Part shown: positions 26,511 to 35,324 of the stretch, one piece after another
How the letters are laid out: every line of letters starts with the position of its first letter
Position numbering within the stretch: the stretch's first letter is position 1
Assembly (NCBI GenBank): GCA_964187785.1
Contig: OZ076409.1
Coordinates: 43,092,001-43,156,000 of the forward strand
DNA: 64,000 bases
Origin: Amphiscolops sp. MND2022
Lineage: Eukaryota
Direction of reading: 5' to 3'
Made by a program: the position numbers and the translations under genes
Notes under the pieces: generated by a model
Told to the model about the DNA's origin: nothing
The model's input: the letters and a program-made list of their open reading frames with translations, nothing else
The model's database searches: none

Positions 26511-29500
26511 TTACCACTTTTCCGGGCAACCTGGCTTGCAAATCTGATAGTTCACTTCACTGGTCTGACTCAATACTTCGTATGGGCCGTGCCAAGGGAG
26601 ATGGAACTTTCGGGATTTCGCTTTGTGTGGCTCGAATAACCACACTCGGTCTCCTGTTTTAAAACTTTTTCCATGGACCTTTTTCTGATAATAATCCTTC
26701 TGACGACGTTGTTCTTTCCCCATAGTCAGTTGCGCATGACTATGTACTTCGAATAGTTTATCACTCAACTCGGCTCCTACCTCGCCTAATTCTAAACGGG
26801 GGTCGCCAGGAGGTTTCGGATAGAATAAATCGATCGGATATTGTGCTTCTCTCCCGTACAACATCGAAAACGGGGTCGTACCGAGGGTCTTATGTACGGT
26901 GGTATTGTACACAAAATTGACGTGGGGTAAGTAGAGATCCCATTCTTGTGGTTTTTCGGCACAATACTTAGAGATAGTATCGGCAATGACTCTATTGAAT
27001 CTTTCTACTGGACCATTTCCTTGGGGATGATACGGAGAAGTCCTAGTTTTATCGATCATGAAAACTTGGCAAATATCTTTCATTACTTCGCTGTTGAAGT
27101 TAGTTCCTTGATCCGTATGTAAAGTATCGGGAGCCCCAAATTTCAAAATCCACTCTTCGACTAAAGTCGTGGCCACCGTCTTAGCCGTCATGTCTTTCAA
27201 AGGAACGGCAACCGCATACTTTGTATACAAATCCGATATGACTAAAATGTATCGCGCCTGTGACTTTTTCGCTAGCGTTACGGGTCCCAAGATATCTGCT
27301 GCAACAATACGAAACGGCGCCTTTGCTTCAATTGTTTGCAAATGAGCTTTTCGACTTTTTCCCGCCGTTGATCTAGCCGCGCAACGCGTGCATTTTGCAA
27401 TGTACTTTTCTACACTTGACCTGAGACCAGGCCACCAAAATCTCTGTTTAATCCTTGATAACGTTTTCTCGGCTGCAAAATGACCTCCACTAAGAGGGGA
27501 GTCATGTAACTGATATAACACTTCGGCTCTCATAGTCGAAGGAACTACTGCCTGCCATATTTCACGTTCACGATTGCTAGGTTTCCATTTTCGATAAAGG
27601 ACTCGATTGGCCAGCGCTAGCTGATCCCAATTACTCCAAAGTTCTAACGCCTCTGGACAACTCCATCCTAATGCTACTTCTCTGGGGATGGGGTTGGGCC
27701 CTAAATCTTCCAATGTACCATCTATCCGAATTCCACGTCTAACCATTTCACGGAATAGTAATCCCGTACTACGATCCATTCTCTGACCATACGCTAGGTC
27801 GCTATATGATCTAGTCCATGAGATATGCCCCCCCACTTGCTCTGATACTAACATTTCTTCAGGGGTAACGACGGAACAGGCGGAATCTACACTTGATGAA
27901 CGCGGGGTACCTCGTCTTGCCGAAGTCGAAGGGTACAATTGCTCTTGGTCTCTCGGTGTATACACGGAGATCGTAAAATACGAATCTTGAAACACAACCT
28001 CTAGACAAATAGCTACATTCACCCACTCCAATTCGTCATCGACGCAACCTATTCTAGGCATTGCAAGTTTGGAAATTCCATGGGAACTAGCATGTTCTTT
28101 CACTCTCAATAGACTTTCTTTTAATACATCGTATTTGGCAACTTCTCCTTTACAATGCTTGGTGATCAATATGTACACATAACGTCCTTTTTCAACATCT
28201 TGGTACACTAGAAAACCTCCAACACGATTTACCGACTCTGCGAGAGGTGGTAAATGGGAATACTTTTTTACGAACGATTTCATGGGAGCAGTGGCTACTC
28301 TCATGTCGGCAGATACACACAAAACTAAGGAATCGAGGGATTCGAAAAAATCCCCTTCTCGATAACGGACTACCTCTCTAGGTGGGTGAGAAATTTGCAT
28401 TTTCAAATGCCGAGCTACATCCTCTGAGTTTTCCATTTTCTCACGAGCTTTGGTTCGGGCGGCTCGAAGATCGCGTTCGGCTTCAAACAAAGCACTATCA
28501 AATTCGGTGAACTCGGGAATCGGTCCTCTTAACGCATCTTCTTCGCCGGGGAGCCATTGGGGTACGTCATTCGGTCGTCGACTAAGGCCGTCCGCATTAC
28601 AATGTTTATCACCTGGACGATGTACTATTTGATAGTCATACTCCTGAAGTTTCTGAACCATTCGAAAGGTCATTCCATCCGCATTTTGCCTAAACAGCCA
28701 TTGAAGACTTGCATGATCTGTGCGAATAATACATTTGGATCCGTAAATGTACGGTCTGAACCACTGGACGGCTTGAACTACACCGAGCCCTTCTCTTTTG
28801 GTTGTTGCATAATTCACCTCCGTTTTAGTTAGAACTCGCGACTCAAAGGCAATTGGATACTCTATCCCATCGATCACTTGCGACAAAACTGCGCCGAGCG
28901 CCGTATCACTAGCATCGGTATCGATAATGAACGGAAGTTCAAAATTTGGAAATGCCAAAATTGGAGCTTCTAACAATCTTTTCTTCAGCGTTCGGAACGC
29001 TTTGTCATGTTCTTCGGTCCATGTGAATTTTAATCCTTTGCTCGTCAACAAATAAAGTGGCCTAGCCACTTCCGCGAAGTTTTGGACAAACTTCCGATAA
29101 TAGTTGCAGAAGGCAACAAATGAGCGAACTCCGGTGACGTCGGTCGGAGGCTCCCATTCACGTACTGCCGATAACTTTTTCGGATCTGGTTGGATCCCTT
29201 CCTTGTTAATCACATGGCCTAGATAGTGGACCTCGGTGCGGAATAAGTTGCATTTCTTCGGTTTAAGACGTAAACCGGCTTTGCGCAAAACTATAAACAC
29301 CTTTTCTAAATGCTCCAAATGTTCTTCTGGAGTTTTGCTAAACGTTAGCACATCATCTAGGAATATGAGCACATGTTTATATAGATCTTCTTTGAAAATG
29401 TCGTTCATGTTCCGTTGGAAAGTTGGCGGGGCGTTCGTTAAGCCAAAAGGCATTTTTAAGCACTCATATAATCCTCCATCCGGAGTACAAAACGCCGTTT

Positions 29501-30863
29501 TGTGCCGGTCTTCGGCCGCGACTGGAATCTGCCAATAGCCACTTGCTAAATCGAGAGACGAGAAGACTCCCGCCCCTTGCAGTGCATCAATCGTTTGACC
29601 GATCCGGGGCAACGGATACGCGTCCTTTACGGTAAGGTCGTTCAACTTTCGATAATCTATACACATTCGGTTTGAGCCATCTTTCTTAGGTACCATTACT
29701 ATGGGACTGCTGAAAGGACTTTTACTCGGTACGATCACTCCTTTCTTGAGCATCTCGCGAATTTCTTCACGAACGGCTTCTAATTTATGCGGAGCAATTT
29801 TGTAGGACGACATTTTGAACGGTTTCGCATCGCCTATGTCTATGCGGTGTTCTACTCCTACAGCGGTTCCTAACGGGTCTGAAGGCAGTGAAAACACATC
29901 TCTGTAATCACGAATCAAATCTCGCAATTTTTCCTTTATTTCGGCGTTCTCGAGTCCAGGGGTGGCTAAATTTAAAATTTCGTCAACTTGCTGTTCGAGT
30001 TTTTCGTTTATTTCGGAGGCCGCTGATACTGTGTCAGGACCGGGTACCGTTTCGCAAACAAATGCGTCATCTTCCGGCGGGGGAACATGACCGCTTAGGA
30101 CTTGCATGGGTACTTTGATGATGAAACCATCATCTTTGGGGATCGTTAGTTTCTGTTCGACTAAGTCAGTCGAGCATTGATTTTCCATCATGAACTTTAA
30201 GCCAATCATGATCTCAGGGTAGAGATCTTCTACAACCACGAATTCATCGGAAGCAACGCACGTTCCGATTTTAACTTCAGCTTTTACGATACCTTTGGTA
30301 GGCATCTCGTTGGCTATTGGGCCTGTTAAACGACTGGGATTGGGGGCTATTGGGTTACCAATAGTCTTAGCCAATTCCAAACTCATCAAACTTCTACTCG
30401 CACCAGTGTCTATCATGGCCCAACACCGTAGGCTTTCTACTTCATAGGGGATTAAAAGCGTGGCCCCTGGAATGTATTGACTATGGGTCAGTTTTCTCGA
30501 TTTTACCTCATCAGACCGGGCCTGATTTGGAAATTCTGACTCTTTCTTGGACAAAATTTTCACAGAGCCAGGCTCAGCTTGTTCATCCTCAAAAAGATTT
30601 TGTATTGGGGGACTATTTACAACAAGGGTATGGGATTCTTTTGGGAAAAAACCTCCCGGGCCAAACTCATCACACATTTGTTTCCAAAATTCGGGGTCGA
30701 TCCGCCTACTGCGATTGCGCTGTCGCAAACGGCTATCGTTACTCCTAGACCTAGAACGAACACGCTGACTTGTTTGCGGAAAATTTGTAGCAGCTGGGGA
30801 AGGGATGGAATCCCAAGCGCGAGTAGAGCCTGCTACTGCATACTCGGCTGTCGGTAGTTTAAA
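26511..30863 (-). CDS. pol: Gypsy Pol polyprotein: aspartic protease, RT, RNase H, macrodomain, integrase (entered by -1 frameshift; premature stop)
   Basis: Protease AMIDTGAS; RT RMCIDYRKLN, LDLASGYWQI, MPFGLTNAP, IFLDD; RNase H TDAS, NYATTKRE, TDH, NADGLSR; integrase HHCC (LHDS..GGH..CTRC), D-D-E (ADILGP, TDQG, VERFN) and GPY. The frame is open upstream of the annotated start (30728) as far as the slippery site. Confidence 0.96.
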   Translation of the reverse strand, partial: FKLPTAEYAVAGSTRAWDSIPSPAATNFPQTSQRVRSRSRSNDSRLRQRNRSRRIDPEFWKQMCDEFGPGGFFPKESHTLVVNSPPIQNLFEDEQAEPGSVKILSKKESEFPNQARSDEVKSRKLTHSQYIPGATLLIPYEVESLRCWAMIDTGASRSLMSLELAKTIGNPIAPNPSRLTGPIANEMPTKGIVKAEVKIGTCVASDEFVVVEDLYPEIMIGLKFMMENQCSTDLVEQKLTIPKDDGFIIKVPMQVLSGHVPPPEDDAFVCETVPGPDTVSAASEINEKLEQQVDEILNLATPGLENAEIKEKLRDLIRDYRDVFSLPSDPLGTAVGVEHRIDIGDAKPFKMSSYKIAPHKLEAVREEIREMLKKGVIVPSKSPFSSPIVMVPKKDGSNRMCIDYRKLNDLTVKDAYPLPRIGQTIDALQGAGVFSSLDLASGYWQIPVAAEDRHKTAFCTPDGGLYECLKMPFGLTNAPPTFQRNMNDIFKEDLYKHVLIFLDDVLTFSKTPEEHLEHLEKVFIVLRKAGLRLKPKKCNLFRTEVHYLGHVINKEGIQPDPKKLSAVREWEPPTDVTGVRSFVAFCNYYRKFVQNFAEVARPLYLLTSKGLKFTWTEEHDKAFRTLKKRLLEAPILAFPNFELPFIIDTDASDTALGAVLSQVIDGIEYPIAFESRVLTKTEVNYATTKREGLGVVQAVQWFRPYIYGSKCIIRTDHASLQWLFRQNADGMTFRMVQKLQEYDYQIVHRPGDKHCNADGLSRRPNDVPQWLPGEEDALRGPIPEFTEFDSALFEAERDLRAARTKAREKMENSEDVARHLKMQISHPPREVVRYREGDFFESLDSLVLCVSADMRVATAPMKSFVKKYSHLPPLAESVNRVGGFLVYQDVEKGRYVYILITKHCKGEVAKYDVLKESLLRVKEHASSHGISKLAMPRIGCVDDELEWVNVAICLEVVFQDSYFTISVYTPRDQEQLYPSTSARRGTPRSSSVDSACSVVTPEEMLVSEQVGGHISWTRSYSDLAYGQRMDRSTGLLFREMVRRGIRIDGTLEDLGPNPIPREVALGWSCPEALELWSNWDQLALANRVLYRKWKPSNREREIWQAVVPSTMRAEVLYQLHDSPLSGGHFAAEKTLSRIKQRFWWPGLRSSVEKYIAKCTRCAARSTAGKSRKAHLQTIEAKAPFRIVAADILGPVTLAKKSQARYILVISDLYTKYAVAVPLKDMTAKTVATTLVEEWILKFGAPDTLHTDQGTNFNSEVMKDICQVFMIDKTRTSPYHPQGNGPVERFNRVIADTISKYCAEKPQEWDLYLPHVNFVYNTTVHKTLGTTPFSMLYGREAQYPIDLFYPKPPGDPRLELGEVGAELSDKLFEVHSHAQLTMGKEQRRQKDYYQKKVHGKSFKTGDRVWLFEPHKAKSRKFHLPWHGPYEVLSQTSEVNYQICKPGCPEKW
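27957..28376 (-). other. TARG1/OARD1 (Poa1p/DarG-like) macrodomain embedded in Pol
   Basis: EVVRYREGDFF..DSLVLCVSADMR...GRYVYILITK...Y..LKESL...KEH....GISKLAMPRIGCVDDELEWVNV...LEVVFQD....ISVYT is colinear with the OARD1 motifs as I recall them: [54 protein letters not shown], ITVYT. Confidence 0.9.
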
Positions 30864-32226
30864 GAATTAGACTGCGGAAGACTTGGACATTGCTTAGCGT
30901 AGTGACCTATCGCCTTACAATTAAAACATTCCGCTTCTTCGGGGGGAGGGTGCGAAACATTTAGCTGACCCGACGATCCTGCCCTATTTAGAGGCGCACG
31001 ATAATTAGGATTGAGAGGGGCTTGAAAACGGGGAGCTTGCCAACTCTGAGGCTGCCCACCAACCGGCCTTTGCGAACTTCCTAACGCTCCTACGATCGCA
31101 GATGACATGTCTTTTATACCCTGCATTAGGATTTCGTTTTGTCTGGTCATCATTTCGACTTGTTTCGAGGAACTTTGTTCTAAGTTTTTCGTTATTTGAT
31201 CGGTTTGCTTGGATATTTGCTGACAGATGGAATTTTCAAATCGATCAAAGCGACTTGCCACATTGGTTAAAGATGTTTGAAGGGCGGCAAATTTTTCTTC
31301 GATTTGGTTGTTACTCGAATAGCCAGCTCTCACTAGATCGGGATCCTCATATTCGTCATACGAATAGCGCAATTTATCAAGTTTCCGCTCTCTTTTTGAT
31401 TCATGAGTCTTGTGGATTATTTCGAGTTCCTGTGCTCGTTGCAAAGTTTCCCCGAAATCACGGTCACGCTCGTCTTCATACAAACTAAGTTGTATTCGCG
31501 AATCAAACAGCCCTTCAATAAATTGATCTCTCATATCGCGTTCTCTTTCCCGGAGCGATTTTTCAGGAAAGGCTATATCAGCGAGTTGACGTACTCTTCT
31601 CGAGTAGTCTCTTAGGTCTTCATTTTCCCACTGTTTAACTGCTTTAAATTCCGACCGCGTAGCTCGCTGGCTGCGATATTGCTGCATTTTGGGTTTCAAA
31701 ATTTCAAGGAGTTCATCAAAACGTGGGGGGTAAGAACCGGGTTCTTTTTCAATATATCTTTTGGGGACAGTTTCAAATTCTTCAATAGCCCAAGATGTTA
31801 AACAAGTAGGTATTGCAGCAATTTTTTGACTATCATTCCACCCATTGGCTTTGGCAACTGCTTTGAAGTGTTTTACCCAGCTTTCCCAGCGGTTGTAATC
31901 TTTGCCGGGGAACTTTTCTGGTTTTATTGGCGATTTTTCGTACAGGGGTTTTTGTCTTTTTCTAAATTCATTTTCAAGGACCATGGAGTCGTCCGAATCT
32001 AAGTCTGCTTCAATTTTGAATCTTTTTATTTTTTTTCCATTTCTTTCAATCGCCGATAAGCATCTCGTTTACACTCCTTTTCCGTGTCGGCCAATCCTAC
32101 GAAGGAAAATTTAGTGGACTTACTGAGGAGTGGTTTACTACCACCTGTGGCGGGAGTGTGGGTGCCGTTGGAATCTTCTTGGGTGACGGGGGAGATCTGC
32201 TGATCGTTGTCGTCGTCTCCAGACAT
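30833..32226 (-). CDS. gag: Gypsy Gag (capsid-like region, coiled coil, CCHC zinc knuckle); N-terminus split by a 1-nt shift in an A8 run
   Basis: PEKFPG..WESWVKHF..VAKANGW, KQ..E.L.DY..R, DQFIEGL and CFNCKAIGHYAKQC. ORF 32026-32226 joins 30833-31984 in frame if one A is added at plus-strand T8 32029-32036. Confidence 0.9.
30857..30863 (-). promoter_or_regulatory. -1 programmed ribosomal frameshift heptamer U_UUA_AAC (gag-pol)
   Basis: In the gag frame it reads TCT TTA AAC. The -1 frame has a TAA just upstream (TAA TTC TTT AAA) and is then open (KLPTAEYAVAG...SRLRQRNR) into pol. Confidence 0.85.
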
Positions 32227-32318
32227 CGTTGAAAGGGTTCAGCAACTCAAAAGGGGTGAAAGGAAGATAAGGGAGAGAAGTAAGCAAAGAAAGAGGAACT
32301 AACAAAGACGCAAAGAAA

Positions 32319-32336
32319 GCCCACCCAGGAGCGCCA
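32319..32336 (-). promoter_or_regulatory. Primer-binding site, probably tRNA-Asn(GUU)
   Basis: Minus-strand TGGCGCTCCTGGGTGGGC, 1 nt after the 5' LTR. Its complement GCCCACCCAGGAGCG-CCA resembles eukaryotic tRNA-Asn 3' ends as I recall them (..GAGCCCACCCAGGGACG-CCA type). Confidence 0.8.
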
Positions 32337-32337
32337 A

Positions 32338-35324
32338 TGTAAGATTTTTAGTTTTCCAGTAGCTTTAACTATTTGTTGAGAATAGCTCCACTACAACTCA
32401 ATTAAACCCGTAGGTACCATGCACGAGACAAGGACTGGCTGAGTATCTACATAAATTTTTATTAACTCCGAAGAAGAGACGAATCAACTTAATCGAAGGC
32501 GGTGGGGGTAAGTGTGACAAGGAAATCACGATCTTTACAACTTTGCTATTTTTCCCTCTTTCAGGGGTTTGTCTCGCTACTCTTGGACTGTTTGAAATTA
32601 TCTTTTCGCTGATGAAAAGAAGCAGGTTGAACTTTAATTACTATACATCAAATAAATAAGTCGAGTAATAGACACAAATACAATTTCACATCCACGAATA
32701 ATAGAATGAATAATATGATAACATCGATAATAGCGGAGAATATTACTGAGTATATTAGCAGGCATATGAGGAGGCATATAACACAAGAGAACAGTAAACA
32801 AGAATTTCAGCAAGGTTAAGTTTTTTTTGTATCCGTAAGGATGGGGGTGATATCGAAGATATCGGAAGAATCAACTCGCCGCAAAATCTCTATCGGTCTT
32901 GGAGTGAAAACAACAATCCGTGTATTATCAGCCCACTTAGGCTCAACCGTGTATTCTCAGCCCACTTAGGCTCAACCGTGTATTATCAGCCCACTTAGGC
33001 TTAAACCGTGTATTGTCAGCCCACTCAGGCTCTTTTACATGTAATACGATAGACCAGCAGTCTACCCTACTCCCGGGTCGAAATCCGTACTAGCGAAAAG
33101 CGGGGTAGCAACAAATCAGGCAACTTCAGGTTGTTAGGCTGAAGGCACGGGCTAACCGGCCAGACGAAGTAAATCTGCAATTTCGATAGTCCGGCGTCTG
33201 ATGCGGGATGCTATCGGACGCAAAGCAGCAAACCGTTCTCTAGATTTCAACTCACTTTGTGTGTCGCTAAAAGGGCGCACACTTCGGCCTAAGTTACTTT
33301 TTCGGCAGTTTAGTCATATCATTATTCATAGTTTATCATCTTTCCTTTTTCGGGTTCTGACTAAGTGTTGAGCAATACAGTTTTTTCCTACTTCGGTACT
33401 GAAAGTTCATTAGAAGTACATTTTCTCAGCACGAGTCGGTCCTAGTTCCACCTCCTTGTCAATCATGACTGATGGTTTTACTTCGTTTTCAATAGAATTT
33501 AAGGGGTGGTGCTACTGACTCAGTGTTTCCCACTTTTGTAAGCACGACTTGAACTTCGGCTTACTGATTGACATTTGCACCTTTTGCCAGGTCTCTTTTT
33601 CTCACGAGGTTCCTGACAACTCTCTCCAGCTAAATCTGGCTGAAGGAAATAATTTTCTACAATTTACAATGACCTAAAAGGCGATTTTAATTCATATCTT
33701 AAAAAGTCGATTTTCGTGTTACCACTTTTAAGGGCAAAAACTAAATATTCCGATCACGGGGGGCAAAAACCAAGTACCTCATTTGAAAGTACAATTCAAG
33801 GGCTACAAAAGTTTACTCCATAGTTTTCTTTCTATTTCAACTCCTTCATAGTGAAAAACGCCTTTAAAGTTTGGTAGTCAAAAATCATCCATCGGTTTTC
33901 ACGCAAATCTCAACTTTGGAGTGCTAGTACTCAGTCAATTTGAAAGATACAGGCTGGGGGCTTATATACATCGTTAGCCCAAGCCATTAGGAGTATTTTG
34001 AACTTTAGATGAGGTCTCTATCTTTTCTCAACAAAATTTGATAGTACTTTTTCTGAAAGTAGTCATTTTCCCGATTTTTATGTCTGGACTTTCAACTTTG
34101 GAGGCCAATATCTCGAAACCAGGTCATTTTTCGGAAAAACGCTTCTGCTAAACGCTGTGCGCCTGGGTCTTGTGCGTCTACCCTGAAAGTTTCAGTTCGA
34201 TATCGCCCAAAACGTGCGGCGGGGGGGTTCGCATTTTGGTAGGTCGACATCCCTATCGGCAGAAAGAAATCACAACTTTAAATTCTTGGGATAACATGTG
34301 AAAAACGGCTTTTTAGGCCATTTTAGGGCTGTTTTTAACGTTTGCTGGCTCAGTTCTCAAAAACTACTGAATATTATTTATTTTCCAATTAACACAAGTT
34401 AGGGCATCCATTTATCTTTAATTTAAGCCATATCCGAACATTTTTTGACAACTGTAGCGATCACACGAAATTTTTAAAGGAAACTCAATTTTGGAAAATC
34501 GTCAAAATTTTATATGCACTTATTTTCAAAGCTTCCCCCCGATATGTTCCCGGGGTCGCACAACGCTCATATTCTCAACTTAAGCTCTCCTGTGGATGGG
34601 CTTTCGAATGTTGAAAACCGTTTGTTGCTATCTTTTTTCATCTTCGAGAAATCGGGTTTTGATTTTTAATTTCTATTAAGAGGGGGGATTAATTCAAAGT
34701 GTGCGGCGGCCGTTTTCTTATTAGCTACGCGTACAGCCACTCACAGCGCGTTCTAATTTTCATTCCTTTCGCTTTCTGACACGCTTAGGTGAGTTGCATT
34801 CTATGCTGTTCACGCACACGGCGGAGTTTTCACTCTTGCTTACCCTCAAACACATGTATTAACATAGCAATTTGACTAAATTTCTATTCACAGTATTTTA
34901 TGACTTCTAATGCTTTTTCTGTGGAAATTCGTTACTGAAAAGTTCCTAAATGTTTACTCAACACGTAGTCAGGTCAGAAAGGAACATTTTGGTGGTTTAA
35001 TTTTTCTTATATTCGCAATAGGTATTGAGAAATTCAATGTTAAAGTTTCGTTCCGAATAGAATTTTGTTACATAGGTCTGAGTGGTGGCGGCCGTCTCAC
35101 TGCATTAATACGTTGCGCGGTCGCTTCATTGTAGCTAAGAATAGTTATTTTGGTTGTCAACGGGACTAAAGACAATATTATTGACATTAAACAATAGTGT
35201 GAGGTACTTTAGGTACTTATTGTAATCTTTACTTTTATACAATATCACCCCGTAAAATCTACCTTGCTGATGAACTAAAATTTAATAAACACCAAATCAT
35301 GAGCGAAAAGCCAAAAATCCTACA
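32338..35324 (-). repeat. 5' LTR (2987 bp)
   Basis: Direct repeat of 21385-24493, with about 15 substitutions counted by eye plus 3 nt of homopolymer difference and a 119-bp indel; adjoins the PBS. Confidence 0.97.

Larger units (their letters stand above)
21385..35324 (-). mobile_element. Full-length Ty3/Gypsy LTR retrotransposon (13,940 bp)
   Basis: Two near-identical LTRs with TG...CA ends; 5-bp TSD TTCAC (21380-21384 and 35325-35329); PBS, PPT, gag with a CCHC knuckle, and pol in PR-RT-RH-IN order. Confidence 0.98.
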
